Below, one piece after another: positions 40,468-50,162 of a stretch of DNA of 64,000 nucleotides. The DNA comes from Planctomycetota bacterium. GTDB lineage: Bacteria; Planctomycetota; MHYJ01; WSZJ01. Position numbers and translations under genes: made by a program. The notes below the pieces were generated by a model that ran no database searches, had not been told where the DNA came from, and saw only the letters and a program-made list of their open reading frames with translations. The stretch is taken from positions 200,298-264,297 of the forward strand of contig JBBTCT010000002.1 in NCBI GenBank assembly GCA_038060895.1. The letters run 5' to 3'. Each line of letters starts with the position of its first letter. Within the stretch, counting starts at the first letter, position 1.

Positions 40468-41790
40468 TTATTTCTTCTCCGTTTGATGAAGCGCCTTGTC
40501 GTCGCGCGCGAACGCGTCGAGGACGGGGGCCATGGTGGTCATGAACGTGTCGCCCGACTGGTCGCGGGCGCCTTCCTCCTTGACGATCTCGCGGAAAACT
40601 TCGGGAACGTCCGTCACGAGGCAGGTCTTCTGCGGATTGGCGCGGATCCGGCCGTCGTCGCGCACCTTGCCGAGGAACTTCGAGCGCAGGACTTCGGTGA
40701 ACGACTTCCCGTGGATGTTGTCCACCGCGAACTGCGTGAACATGCACGGCTCGACGCCGCCCTGCGAGTTCACGTGGAGCATCTTGCGTCCCGCGAGGCA
40801 CCCGCCGGCCATCCATTCGTCGTGGCCGAAATCGAAGAAGAGAAGCGGTTTCGTCGCGCGCATTTCGCCCAGCCGGTCCTTGATCTGCATCTTCTGGAAC
40901 GGCGTGAGCATGAGCTGGGGCACGGCGCACGACCCGACGGGCATGAGCGGGAAGAACCACCCGAACACGCACCCGGCGTCCATCATCGCGTCCATGAACG
41001 GTTCAGTCCCGACCGTGTCGAAGTTCGCCTTCGAGTACGTCGCGCTGAATGCCACCAGCACGCCCTTGTCGGCGAGCTTGCGCATCGTGTTCGTCGCCAG
41101 CGCGTAAATCCCGCGCCCGCGCCGCTCGTCGGTGTGCATCTGCAACCCTTCGACCGAAACTGACAGCGCCACGTGCCCCATCTTCGCCAGCCGGTCGATC
41201 TCCGCGTCCCCGAGCTGGGTCGCGTTCGTGAAGACGTTGAAGAACACGTCGGGGTGCTTGTCGAACAGGTCCCAGAGATGCTTCACCAGGAACGGCTCGC
41301 CGCCGACAAAGTGCACGAAAGGCGTCCCGACCTGCTTCGCTTCGCCGATCAGCTTGTCCATGGCCTCGAACGACAGCGTCGAATGCACGTCATGCCCTTC
41401 GGCGTAGCACCCGTAGCACTTGAGGTTGCAGACCGTCGTGGGACTGATCAGAAGCGTCGTCGGCGGCCCGAACGTCTCCTTCTCCCAGAACGCATACCGC
41501 TTCCGGTTCCCCTCGATCAGCGTGTTCATGACGAAGTTCTCGACGACCTTCTTGCGCGTCGTCTTGCTCATCACGCGCACGGCGCGGCGCACGGCTTCGA
41601 CGCCGGGATGCCCGGCGCGGATGTAGTCTTCCATCGCCGCAAGTCCCTTGTCGTACCAGTCAAGCGACGACACGGACTTGATCAGCCCCAGCATGCGCAG
41701 CAGGCTGGCGTCGGACGAATCGGCCATCCCGACCAGTTGATTGACGACCGCGCGCGTCGCAGCGCGCTTGACGGATGCGACAAGCCCCAT
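40468..41790 (-). CDS. Radical SAM protein with SPASM/twitch-type C-terminus (paralog 1)
   Basis: PTTVCNLKCYGC, FVGGEP, FTNA, GGCLAGRKMLHVNSQGGVEPC, KTC. Confidence 0.9.
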   Translation of the reverse strand: MGLVASVKRAATRAVVNQLVGMADSSDASLLRMLGLIKSVSSLDWYDKGLAAMEDYIRAGHPGVEAVRRAVRVMSKTTRKKVVENFVMNTLIEGNRKRYAFWEKETFGPPTTLLISPTTVCNLKCYGCYAEGHDVHSTLSFEAMDKLIGEAKQVGTPFVHFVGGEPFLVKHLWDLFDKHPDVFFNVFTNATQLGDAEIDRLAKMGHVALSVSVEGLQMHTDERRGRGIYALATNTMRKLADKGVLVAFSATYSKANFDTVGTEPFMDAMMDAGCVFGWFFPLMPVGSCAVPQLMLTPFQKMQIKDRLGEMRATKPLLFFDFGHDEWMAGGCLAGRKMLHVNSQGGVEPCMFTQFAVDNIHGKSFTEVLRSKFLGKVRDDGRIRANPQKTCLVTDVPEVFREIVKEEGARDQSGDTFMTTMAPVLDAFARDDKALHQTEKK

Positions 41791-41904
41791 GAATTCCCCC
41801 GATGTTGTGCGCCCGGGTACGGCCCCCTGTGGGCGCAAGTGGAGGCAGGATAGGGGGTTTTGAAGGGCCGTTCAAGGGGAACTGCGGACGCCTCAGGGTA
41901 TCCC

Positions 41905-42678
41905 CTACGGCACCACCACCGCCTCATACCCCGTGACGGTTTCCAGCGCCCGCGCGGCTTCCGTCGCCTCGCCCCACGTCGCATACCGCCCGGTGCGCAC
42001 GCAATTCAGCGTCCCCTCCGGCACGATCTCCGAGTCGTACCCCTTCGCCCGCAGGTCGTCCGCCCGGCGGCGCGCTCCCGCCGGCTCCCCGAACGCGCCG
42101 ACCTGGATGGCAAAGGCGCGGACGCCGGAGGAACGGATCGACCGCGCCTTGACGGAGTAGGGCGAATCAGGCGCTTCCTTGATCACCGACCCCATGTATG
42201 CCAGCCCTTCTTCCCAGTCCCCCGCCCGGATTTTGCAGACGCCCAGGTAGTACAGGCACTCGTCCTTGCGCACCCGGTCTTCGCCGACCCGGATCGCTTC
42301 CAGGAACTCCGCTTCTGCTTTCGCCGGCGCGCCGAGCATGTGCTGGGCGAGGCCTCGGGCGGCGTGGGCGTCGGCCTTGAAGGGGCGGTCGGGGGCGTTG
42401 GCGATGGCGTGGTCGATGAAGGGGAGGGCGCTGGCGGGGCGGTTCTGGGCGAGCCAGGCGCGGGCGATGCGGAGTTTGGCGGTGACGATGCGGGGGTCGT
42501 CGGGGTGGGAATTGATGAAGCGGTCGTAGGCAGGGATGGCGGAGGACCATTCACCGGAGAGGTAGGCGGCTTCGGCGTCGGACCAGGAGGTGTCCTTGGG
42601 CTGGTCATCCGGGGTCCCAGAGCATCCGGCAACTGCGAGAGCAGTGAGAAGGGCTACGGACAGGCGGGCGAGCGTCAC
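41905..42678 (-). CDS. TPR lipoprotein with C-terminal SPOR domain
   Basis: Lipobox VAGC, BamD/YbgF-like TPRs, FAIQVGAF...VRTGRY SPOR motifs. Confidence 0.8.
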   Translation of the reverse strand: MTLARLSVALLTALAVAGCSGTPDDQPKDTSWSDAEAAYLSGEWSSAIPAYDRFINSHPDDPRIVTAKLRIARAWLAQNRPASALPFIDHAIANAPDRPFKADAHAARGLAQHMLGAPAKAEAEFLEAIRVGEDRVRKDECLYYLGVCKIRAGDWEEGLAYMGSVIKEAPDSPYSVKARSIRSSGVRAFAIQVGAFGEPAGARRRADDLRAKGYDSEIVPEGTLNCVRTGRYATWGEATEAARALETVTGYEAVVVP

Positions 42679-42689
42679 ACAAACTCCCT

Positions 42690-43007
42690 TCAACGGGTAA
42701 ACCGGGTGATCACGTCAAACCGCTCGAGTGCCGAGATTCCCAGCAACCGGTTCCCGGCCCAGGCGACCGCGGCGCCCAGCACCAGGAGCAGCACCACCCC
42801 GGCCAGCATCGGCCCCAGCCAGGGCGACCGGAGCTTCGGCTCCTTCCACGTCGCCTTGAATGCCGCGTACTTGCCGCTGCAGTCGAAGCAGCAGAACTTT
42901 CCGTAGGGCGTCACGACTTCGCAGGCCTGGCAGTACGGCTTATGGTCGTGCAGGCACATGCCGACGGCCGGCTCGGAGACGTGGTAGAAGCAGAGGCGGT
43001 CTTTCAT
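42690..43007 (-). CDS. B-box-like Zn-finger membrane protein
   Basis: CFYH...CLHDHKPYCQAC...FCCFDC plus one TM helix. Confidence 0.65.
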   Translation of the reverse strand: MKDRLCFYHVSEPAVGMCLHDHKPYCQACEVVTPYGKFCCFDCSGKYAAFKATWKEPKLRSPWLGPMLAGVVLLLVLGAAVAWAGNRLLGISALERFDVITRFTR

Positions 43008-43058
43008 GGGGGGAAAGCGGAGCTTCTCCCGGGGGGTTTATCGGTCTGCAGCGCCGGA

Positions 43059-43186
43059 AACTTCAACTTTCAACTTCAATTTTCAACTCTCAAGCAAACT
43101 CCAAACGCAAAACAGCAAGGTCTGCGTCGAGCAGGAGGGAGCCGGAAGTTGTCGTTTGCGTCCTGGAGTTTGCTTGAGAGCTGAAA
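43059..43186. repeat. Inverted-repeat element G built from 6-7-bp TTCAAC-like units
   Basis: 43081-43103 vs reverse complement of 43164-43186 match 22/23; extra TTCAA units on the left; related to element H. Confidence 0.85.
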
Positions 43187-43208
43187 TGTGTCGTTTCCGG
43201 CCGTCTGG

Positions 43209-43856
43209 CTACTTCCCGTGCTGCGCCTTCCAGTCATCCAGGAACTTCTTCAGCCCGGAATCCGTCAGCGGGTGCGCCAGCATCTGGTCGAACACCTTGA
43301 AGGGCATCGTCGCCACGTCGGCGCCGATCTTCGCGGCTTCGAGGACGTGGATCGGGTGGCGGATCGACGCGACGAGGATCTCCGTGGGGAAGTTGTAGTT
43401 GTCGTAGATCGTGCGGATATCGCGGATGAGCTGCATCCCCTCCGTCGAGATGTCGTCGAGCCGGCCGATAAAGGGGCTGATGTAGCTCGCGCCGGCCTTG
43501 GCCGCGATCAGCGCCTGGTTCGGGGAAAAACACAGCGTCACGTTCGTCTTCGTCCCCTCGGCGCGCAGGATCTTGCACGCCTTGATGCCCTCCTTGATCA
43601 GCGGCAGCTTCACGACGATGTTCTCGGCGATCTTCGCCAGTTCGCGGCCTTCCTTCACCATGCCGTCGCAGGTCGTCTCGACGACCTCGGCCGAGACCGG
43701 CCCGTCGCAGACTTCGCAGATCTCGACGAGCAACTTGCGGAAGTCCTTCTTTTCCTTCGCGACGAGCGAAGGATTGGTCGTGACGCCGTCGAGGAGGCCA
43801 AGCGCGGCGGCTTCGCGGATTTCGGAGACGGAAGCGGTGTCGAGGAAGAACTTCAT
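43209..43856 (-). CDS. fsa: Transaldolase / fructose-6-phosphate aldolase (short type)
   Basis: [50 protein letters not shown]. Confidence 0.95.
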   Translation of the reverse strand: MKFFLDTASVSEIREAAALGLLDGVTTNPSLVAKEKKDFRKLLVEICEVCDGPVSAEVVETTCDGMVKEGRELAKIAENIVVKLPLIKEGIKACKILRAEGTKTNVTLCFSPNQALIAAKAGASYISPFIGRLDDISTEGMQLIRDIRTIYDNYNFPTEILVASIRHPIHVLEAAKIGADVATMPFKVFDQMLAHPLTDSGLKKFLDDWKAQHGK

Positions 43857-43949
43857 TGCGGGAGGCTCCGTAGGGGAAGGAACCTTCATTATCCATGGGG
43901 TATGCGGTACCGCTCAAGCGTTAGGCGGAAGCGAGCGCGAAGCGCGAGC

Positions 43950-44003
43950 CCCTTAACCTTAACCTGTCGTTCTTCGTGCGGAACGGCAGGTTAAGGTTGA
44001 GGG
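43950..44003. repeat. Hairpin element I with 6-bp TTAACC units
   Basis: CCCTTAACCTTAACCTGTCGTTC and GAACGGCAGGTTAAGGTTGAGGG match 21/23, 8-nt loop. Confidence 0.8.
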
Positions 44004-44022
44004 ACCGATGGCGAACCCGGGT

Positions 44023-45108
44023 CTACTTGAGCTCGAACGCCATCCGGTGCTCGGAAACCTTGTTTTCAATTTTGTCCGTCAGCCGCAGAACCATCGTGTA
44101 CTTCCCCCGCGGCGCCTTCGGCATCACGATCCCGAGCATCAGACACACGTCGTTCACCGGCGTCCCGTACACGGGCGGGTCGTAGTCCCTCGCGAAATCC
44201 TTCACTTCCGGCCACGCCACGCTCGCGCCCTTCTCGTCGAGAATCTCGTAGTCGCAGCGCAGGGATACCCTCCACTTCCCGCCCTCGAGTTGTTCACACG
44301 TCGCGTTCCCCGCTTCGAAGTAGATCCACACCTTCTGCTGGGGGAAAAACTCCGCGCGCTCCGCCGGCGTGAACTTGTCGAACCCCTTCGGCGCCTGCAG
44401 GCAGAACGCGGGGCGGAGGATCTGGGGGGGAAGAGCCCTCCGCCATTTTCTCCGGATTTCCTCGAGTTTCTTCACGGCGTCGTCGTTCCGGCCGAGGCGG
44501 TACCAGAGCGCGGCTTTCGCGAGTTCCATCACGGGCTCGGGGTCAGCGCCGACTTCGAGCGCCGCGGCCGCTTCCGGATATCGCTCGGCCGCGAGGAGCA
44601 GGGCGGCGAGGCGGCGGCGTGAAGCGCGGTCGTCGGGGTTGCGGGCGACGAGTTCCTCGAAGTGGCGGAGGAGGGAAGCATCGTCCGGGAACGGTGCGGC
44701 GGGGAGTGAGGCGAGGATTTCCTCGCGGTACTTCACGCGCGCGGCGTCCTCGGCCTCGACGACGGCGCGGGCCCGGGCTTCGCGGGCATTTGCGGACCGG
44801 ATCGGGAGCGCGGGGTTGGGGTCGAACTTCGCCAGCGCGTCGTAGATCGCGATCGCGGCGCCGTACTGGTCGGCGGCGTCATCGGGTTTCCCCGCGGCGC
44901 GCGAGCGGGAGCCTTCCGTAAACAACCGGTCGGCCTCGGCGACCAGCTTTGGCCCGATCGGGTCGGCCTTCACCTCGGGCCGCGGCTCGACTTCCGGCTC
45001 CGGCTGCTCCCTCGGCGGATCGGCGGGCGGCTTCTCCGGGGGCGCAGTCGAGCAGCCCGCGGCGGCCGCGGCGAACGCAAGAGCGAGCGAGAAGGGGAGG
45101 GTGCGCAT
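44023..45108 (-). CDS. TPR-containing lipoprotein with beta-sandwich C-terminus
   Basis: Lipobox AAGC; TPR helices; PRGKYTMVLRLTD. Confidence 0.7.
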   Translation of the reverse strand: MRTLPFSLALAFAAAAAGCSTAPPEKPPADPPREQPEPEVEPRPEVKADPIGPKLVAEADRLFTEGSRSRAAGKPDDAADQYGAAIAIYDALAKFDPNPALPIRSANAREARARAVVEAEDAARVKYREEILASLPAAPFPDDASLLRHFEELVARNPDDRASRRRLAALLLAAERYPEAAAALEVGADPEPVMELAKAALWYRLGRNDDAVKKLEEIRRKWRRALPPQILRPAFCLQAPKGFDKFTPAERAEFFPQQKVWIYFEAGNATCEQLEGGKWRVSLRCDYEILDEKGASVAWPEVKDFARDYDPPVYGTPVNDVCLMLGIVMPKAPRGKYTMVLRLTDKIENKVSEHRMAFELK

Positions 45109-45180
45109 GGGGCGGAGTGTCAGCGTACTCTTTCATCGGCACCGTGCGGCCCCCGGGTTAACCCCGCTACACTCAACCCG

Positions 45181-46275
45181 ATGCCCGGAATCCTCGTCAC
45201 CGACGGCTACTGGCGGAAATCCCTCGCCGCCGTCCGCGCCCTCGGCCGTTCCGGCCATCGCGTCGTCGTCGGCGAGAAAACCCACTTCAGCCCCGCCCTC
45301 TTCTCCAGACACGGCCGCGCCGTTGTCTATCCCTCGCCCGTCACGCGCCCGCACGACTTCGCCCGGTGGCTGCGAGAGGCTCCCGCGCTGCTCGATTGCG
45401 ACGTGATCCTGCCCATGGAAGAGGACACGCTGCTGTTCGCCCTCGACCGCCGCGCGGAGATCCCTGCAAAGCTCCCGTTCGCTGCCGCTGCCCTCGTCCG
45501 CAACGCCGGCGACAAGGCCTGGACCCTCGCGCGCGCCGCCGAATGCTCCGTCCCCGCTCCCCGAACCTGGTCCGACCCCGCTGTGGCAGAGGGCAACGGC
45601 CACTTCGTCGTCAAACCCGCCCGCGGCTCCGGCTCCCGCGGCCTCGCCTACTGTGACCGCCCGAGTCTCGCCGCCGCGTGGCGCCCCGGCTGCATCATCC
45701 AGGACCGCGTCGAAGGCGAAGGCTGGGGCGTCAGCGTCCTCATGGGCGACGGCGGCGCCGTCCTCGCGATGTTCACGCACCGCCGCCTGCGCGAATACCC
45801 GACCACGGGAGGGCCCTCCACCCTGCGGGAATCCGCGAAAGACCCGGCGCTCGAAGAAGCGGCGATCCGGCTGCTGCGCCACATCGGCTGGACCGGAGTC
45901 GCCATGGTCGAATTCAAGAAGCGCTCCGACGGCTTCACCTTAATGGAGGTTAACCCAAGATTTTGGGGCTCCCTCGCCCTCGCCGTCGAGGCGGGCGTCA
46001 ACTTCCCCGACCTTCTCGTGAAGTGGGCCCGCGGCGAATCGTTCGCGCCCGTCGTCGATTGGCCCCTCGGCGTCCGGGCCCGCGTTTTCTTCCCGGGCGA
46101 CGTCCTGCACTTCCTCAAGAACCCCGACCGCGGAAAGATGGACCCTCCGCTTTTCGATTTCTCACCGCACGACGACTACATGCGCCGCGACGACCCTCGG
46201 CCGACGGCGGGGCTGGCGCTGAGCGTGCTCACGGGGTTATTTCACCGGGAGTGGAGAAAGTTCCTGAAGGGGTAG
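45181..46275 (+). CDS. ATP-grasp domain protein
   Basis: VVKPARGSGSRG, IIQD, GVAMVEFK, LMEVNPRFWGS, AGVNFP. Confidence 0.9.
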   Translation: MPGILVTDGYWRKSLAAVRALGRSGHRVVVGEKTHFSPALFSRHGRAVVYPSPVTRPHDFARWLREAPALLDCDVILPMEEDTLLFALDRRAEIPAKLPFAAAALVRNAGDKAWTLARAAECSVPAPRTWSDPAVAEGNGHFVVKPARGSGSRGLAYCDRPSLAAAWRPGCIIQDRVEGEGWGVSVLMGDGGAVLAMFTHRRLREYPTTGGPSTLRESAKDPALEEAAIRLLRHIGWTGVAMVEFKKRSDGFTLMEVNPRFWGSLALAVEAGVNFPDLLVKWARGESFAPVVDWPLGVRARVFFPGDVLHFLKNPDRGKMDPPLFDFSPHDDYMRRDDPRPTAGLALSVLTGLFHREWRKFLKG

Positions 46276-46288
46276 GGGGGTCGCTGCG

Positions 46289-47644
46289 CTACTTCTTGTC
46301 GGGCGGAGAGCCCGGAGGTTTGCCACCGGGCCCGCCCCCGGGAGGTCCGCCGCCCGGCGGCCCCGAGCGGCCCTCCAGCTTCTCCCCCTTGGTTTTCCCC
46401 GCGAGCTGTTTCAGGATCGAGTCCACGCGGCGTTCCACGAACGGCTTCAGCCCGAAGATTTGCGACTGCTTCGGGCCCATGCGGGTCCCGGCGAGGTCCT
46501 GCGAGAGCGACTTGATCATGTCCTCGGTCGAGTACTCCTTCATCGAGTCTTTCGAGGCCGCTTCCTTCGTGAGCCTGAAGAGCGCGTCGATTTTCGCGGC
46601 CATCGTCTTCGGCGCGAATTCCTTGAGGCACAGGTCGCGCAGGGCCGTCAGGTACTTCTGCTTGAGCGCCGGCGCCGCCACGAACCGCTCGATCAGTTTC
46701 TTCGACCCGACCCAGGGCGCGTACACGTCCCACGCGAGGTGCGCTTCGGCCGGCCCCTGCTGGAAATTGCCGAACGCCTCGTTGAGGTCCCACGGGATCA
46801 GCACGAACTTCCCCGTTTTCGGGTCGTCGTACAGGTAGAAGTTGTGCCCGGTCCCCGCGTAGCTGTCGAGGTTCACCAGCGCCGACGTCGCCGCCAGCCA
46901 CTTCGCGAACCCGTCGCAGTCCAGCCACTCCGTCAGGTCGCTCTTTCCGTCCGCAATCGCGCCCGCGAACTTCACGAAGCGCGAGCGGTCGTTTTCCTTC
47001 TCGTTCGTCTTCAGCTCGACGCACTTCTCGTCCGCAATCCGCGCCTCGTCCACCCGCGCGAACAGGTCCTGCATCCCCTCGATCTTGTAGAGGTTGCCGT
47101 CGTGGTTGCCGAAGCGTTCGTCGAGGAACGTCTCGTCCACGTGCTCGACGATTGTGTAGACGCCGAAAGAGCGCTTCTCCATCTGTCCTCGCGCTGTGAT
47201 GGTCACGACCGCGTGCGCCGCGCGCGACGCCGGAAGCCCGAGCGCGCGATGAAGGTCGTACGCCAGCTTCTCGCGCAAGAGCGTCGGGTCCTTGAAGCCG
47301 TTGTTGAGGACGAGCGTGCGCAGGCCCTTGAAGCGCTGGTCCTTGTCGTACTTGTCGAACCCGATCTTGAACGGTTTCTTCTCCGAGCGGATCCCCGCCG
47401 ACGAGTTCCCCTTCTCGCGGATCCCGACGTTCCCGACGCGCTCGCCGTCGATTTCGACTTCGCCTTTCACCCATTCGAACGGCTTTTTCCCGATCTTCGC
47501 CCAGTCTTCGCCCTCGACGACCAGGTGGATCGAGTGGACGCGTTTGTCGTCGAACACGCCCTCGTATTCCAGTGCGCGCGTCGGCTGCTGCGCGGCGGCG
47601 GCGCAGGCGAGAAGAAGGCTGGCGATGGCGGAACGCAGGGGCAT
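46289..47644 (-). CDS. CotH kinase family protein (secreted)
   Basis: VGIREKGNSS, KKPFKI, DPTLLREKLAY, GVYTIVE, NLDSY...HNFYLY, IPWDLNEAFG. Confidence 0.92.
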   Translation of the reverse strand: MPLRSAIASLLLACAAAAQQPTRALEYEGVFDDKRVHSIHLVVEGEDWAKIGKKPFEWVKGEVEIDGERVGNVGIREKGNSSAGIRSEKKPFKIGFDKYDKDQRFKGLRTLVLNNGFKDPTLLREKLAYDLHRALGLPASRAAHAVVTITARGQMEKRSFGVYTIVEHVDETFLDERFGNHDGNLYKIEGMQDLFARVDEARIADEKCVELKTNEKENDRSRFVKFAGAIADGKSDLTEWLDCDGFAKWLAATSALVNLDSYAGTGHNFYLYDDPKTGKFVLIPWDLNEAFGNFQQGPAEAHLAWDVYAPWVGSKKLIERFVAAPALKQKYLTALRDLCLKEFAPKTMAAKIDALFRLTKEAASKDSMKEYSTEDMIKSLSQDLAGTRMGPKQSQIFGLKPFVERRVDSILKQLAGKTKGEKLEGRSGPPGGGPPGGGPGGKPPGSPPDKK

Positions 47645-47742
47645 GAAGGGGCCGCGAGTGTAACGGGCTTCGGGGGCCGATATTGTGGACTGCTCTCCGG
47701 GCTCCGGTTGCGGCGAAGCGTCGAATGCGCCAGAATGCCTGG

Positions 47743-49998
47743 ATGAGCGAAGAGACTGTCCCGCCTCCGATGGACATCGACGAAGGCAGGGAGGAACTCC
47801 TGAAGCAAACCGCGGCGCCGCCGGCGAAGAAGAAGCGGTGGCTGCTGAAGGTCGCGATTGCGGTTCCGGTGCTGCTCGCGCTGCTGGTCCTGATGGCGCC
47901 GACGCTGCTTTCGACGGGGCCGATCCGCATCAGGATCGAGACCGCCGCGTACGAAGCGACGAGCCGGAAGGTGACGCTGGAGGATCATTCGCTCGGGTGG
48001 TGGGCGCCGGCGGAACTCGAGAACTTCGTGATGTACGAGAAGGACGGGACGACGCCGTTCCTGAAGATCGCGAAGCTCTCGGTGAAGGTGGACATCAAGC
48101 CGCTTCTCGACTCGAACGTCGTCCTGCGGACGTGCGAGATTTCGGGCGTGGAGATGCGGATCGTGAAGCGCCGGGACGGGACGCTGTCCACGGACGACAT
48201 CGGGCCGGTGAAGCCGAAGGAGAAGTCGGGGGACGAGGGGACGATCGTGATGGGAACGGTGGCGATCCGCGACGTGGCGGTGACGTACATCGACGAGGCC
48301 GCGGGCGCGACGTACCGCGTGACGGGGATGACGATCAACGCGAAGCCGGGCGCGACGCCGGACGAGATCGCGGCGGAGATCACGGCGAAGGTGCAGGCCG
48401 GGAGCGCTTCGCCCGGTGAGATCGACATCAACGCGACGGTGCTTGCCCTGGCAGCCGGGAAGCCGCGCAAGGAAATCACGGCGGAAGCGACGGTCGCGTT
48501 CAAGGGGTTGGACGTCGCGGCGATGATGCCGATGGCGGGCGTCGAGTGGGGAACGGGCGCGGTGTCGGGCGCCGTGAACGCGAAGCTGCTGGCGGGGGGC
48601 AACGTGGATGCCGCGCTCGACGCAAAGGTCCCGTTCTTCAAGTGGGGCGACCCGCAGGCGCTTCCCCAGGTCGCGACGGCCATCAACGTGAAGCAGGAGA
48701 TCTCGTGGCGCAAGAGCGACGGCAGGATCGAACTCAAGCCGGGCGGCAAGGTGCAGATGAACGGCTGCGACGTGCAGGCGCAGGGATTCCTCGCAGCGGA
48801 CGGGCCGGTGGACCTCGTGATGAAGTTCGACGGCGACCTGACGAAACTGCGCGAGGTCTTCCCGGCGTATCTCGCGGACCAGGACATGAAAGGACCGCTG
48901 CGCACGTTCTGGAACATCAAGGGCGAGAATTTCGACCGTCTTGAGATCGTCGGGAAGGCGACCGTGACAAGCCCGCCGGTGCCGACGGACTACACGTACC
49001 GGACGCGCGACAAAGACGGGAAGACGACGGATTACGTGATCCCGAATCCCGGAAATCTCTCCGTCGATATCAAGGGCACCTACGACGGCGCGCGCCGCGC
49101 GTCGCAGGCGCAGCGCGAACCGGGGCGGGCCTGGGCGTCCCTGGACGGACTGGACTTCGACATCGCGGTGCAGACCCCGTGGGTGCGGGCGGACGCGATG
49201 GAGCTGAAGAGGCTGCTGATCGAGGTAGGGGTTCGCGAGCAGGCGTGGGACCTCCGGCGCATCGACTTCCGCCTTAACGATGGCGATGTGAAGTGCTCCG
49301 GGAAGATCCTGTTCGACTCCGGGGACCCGGCCTGGAACCTGCGCACGACCGTCACGGACCCGCCCGTGAAGTACTCGCACCTCTTCAGCGGCCTCGCGGC
49401 GCTGGTGAACCCCGCGCTCTACTCGGAGCAGAAGGGACAGGTCGAGGCGGCGATGGCGTGGGACATTTCGCTTCGCGGGCGCGGGTTCAGCATGGACGCG
49501 ATGAAGAAGACGCTGGAAGGCGAAGGAACGCTCGGACTCCGGAACGTGACGCTCGCCGGGTCGCCGCTCTTCACGGAGCTCTACTCCCAGCTGAAGCTTA
49601 CCCAGCAGTCGAAGTTCGAGTACTCGATCGTGGACCAGAAGTTCCACATCAAGGGCGGCAAGATCTATAACGAATTCTCCAAGTGGCAGGGGGACGGGAA
49701 GGAAGCGGACATCACGATCGCCGGCGAGACGGATTTCGACGGGAACCTGAAGCAGTCGATCACCGTGACGGGCGATCCGACGGCGCGTTGGGGGAAGACG
49801 ACAGGCGCGGTTGTGGACGTCTTCAACAAGGCGGGTGGGTTGCCGCTGGGCGGGACGGTCGCCGAGCCGAAGATCGACATTGATTTCGAGAAGGCGCTGG
49901 AGGGCGCGGCGAAGGGGCTGCTGGAGAATCCGGAAGTGAAGGAGAAGGTGGACGAGTTGTTCAACGACCTGTTCAAGAAGAAGAAAAAGAAGAAATAG
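47743..49998 (+). CDS. AsmA-like family protein
   Basis: N-terminal TM anchor, long beta-rich body, C-terminal LEGEGTL...IAGETDFDGNL...LGGTVAEP. Confidence 0.75.
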   Translation: MSEETVPPPMDIDEGREELLKQTAAPPAKKKRWLLKVAIAVPVLLALLVLMAPTLLSTGPIRIRIETAAYEATSRKVTLEDHSLGWWAPAELENFVMYEKDGTTPFLKIAKLSVKVDIKPLLDSNVVLRTCEISGVEMRIVKRRDGTLSTDDIGPVKPKEKSGDEGTIVMGTVAIRDVAVTYIDEAAGATYRVTGMTINAKPGATPDEIAAEITAKVQAGSASPGEIDINATVLALAAGKPRKEITAEATVAFKGLDVAAMMPMAGVEWGTGAVSGAVNAKLLAGGNVDAALDAKVPFFKWGDPQALPQVATAINVKQEISWRKSDGRIELKPGGKVQMNGCDVQAQGFLAADGPVDLVMKFDGDLTKLREVFPAYLADQDMKGPLRTFWNIKGENFDRLEIVGKATVTSPPVPTDYTYRTRDKDGKTTDYVIPNPGNLSVDIKGTYDGARRASQAQREPGRAWASLDGLDFDIAVQTPWVRADAMELKRLLIEVGVREQAWDLRRIDFRLNDGDVKCSGKILFDSGDPAWNLRTTVTDPPVKYSHLFSGLAALVNPALYSEQKGQVEAAMAWDISLRGRGFSMDAMKKTLEGEGTLGLRNVTLAGSPLFTELYSQLKLTQQSKFEYSIVDQKFHIKGGKIYNEFSKWQGDGKEADITIAGETDFDGNLKQSITVTGDPTARWGKTTGAVVDVFNKAGGLPLGGTVAEPKIDIDFEKALEGAAKGLLENPEVKEKVDELFNDLFKKKKKKK

Positions 49999-50017
49999 GA
50001 AGGCATTGGTTAAAGGA

Positions 50018-50113
50018 GCTTTATCCGCGTATTCCTTTCCGTTTTTCAAAAAAACAGCGAACGGAATTCGCGGATAAGAGCGAATGACGCGGAAACAGCC
50101 GCGGATACAGCCA
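50018..50113. repeat. Inverted-repeat element B (copy of element A with shortened left arm)
   Basis: 50069-50113 matches 10059-10103 at 41/45; left arm GCTTTATCCGCGTATTCC. Confidence 0.88.
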
Positions 50114-50143
50114 AAAAAAACGCCGCCCGATGGGGGCGGCGTT
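50113..50143 (-). terminator. Intrinsic terminator (minus strand)
   Basis: CGCCGCCC/GGGCGGCG stem followed by U8 on the minus strand, downstream of the DUF4190 gene. Confidence 0.8.
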
Positions 50144-50162
50144 GCTGTTTCTGATCGGCCTC

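Noticed and set aside
38953-41790. RiPP (ranthipeptide/sactipeptide) cluster
   Set aside because: No precursor peptide, RRE/PqqD domain, peptidase or exporter nearby
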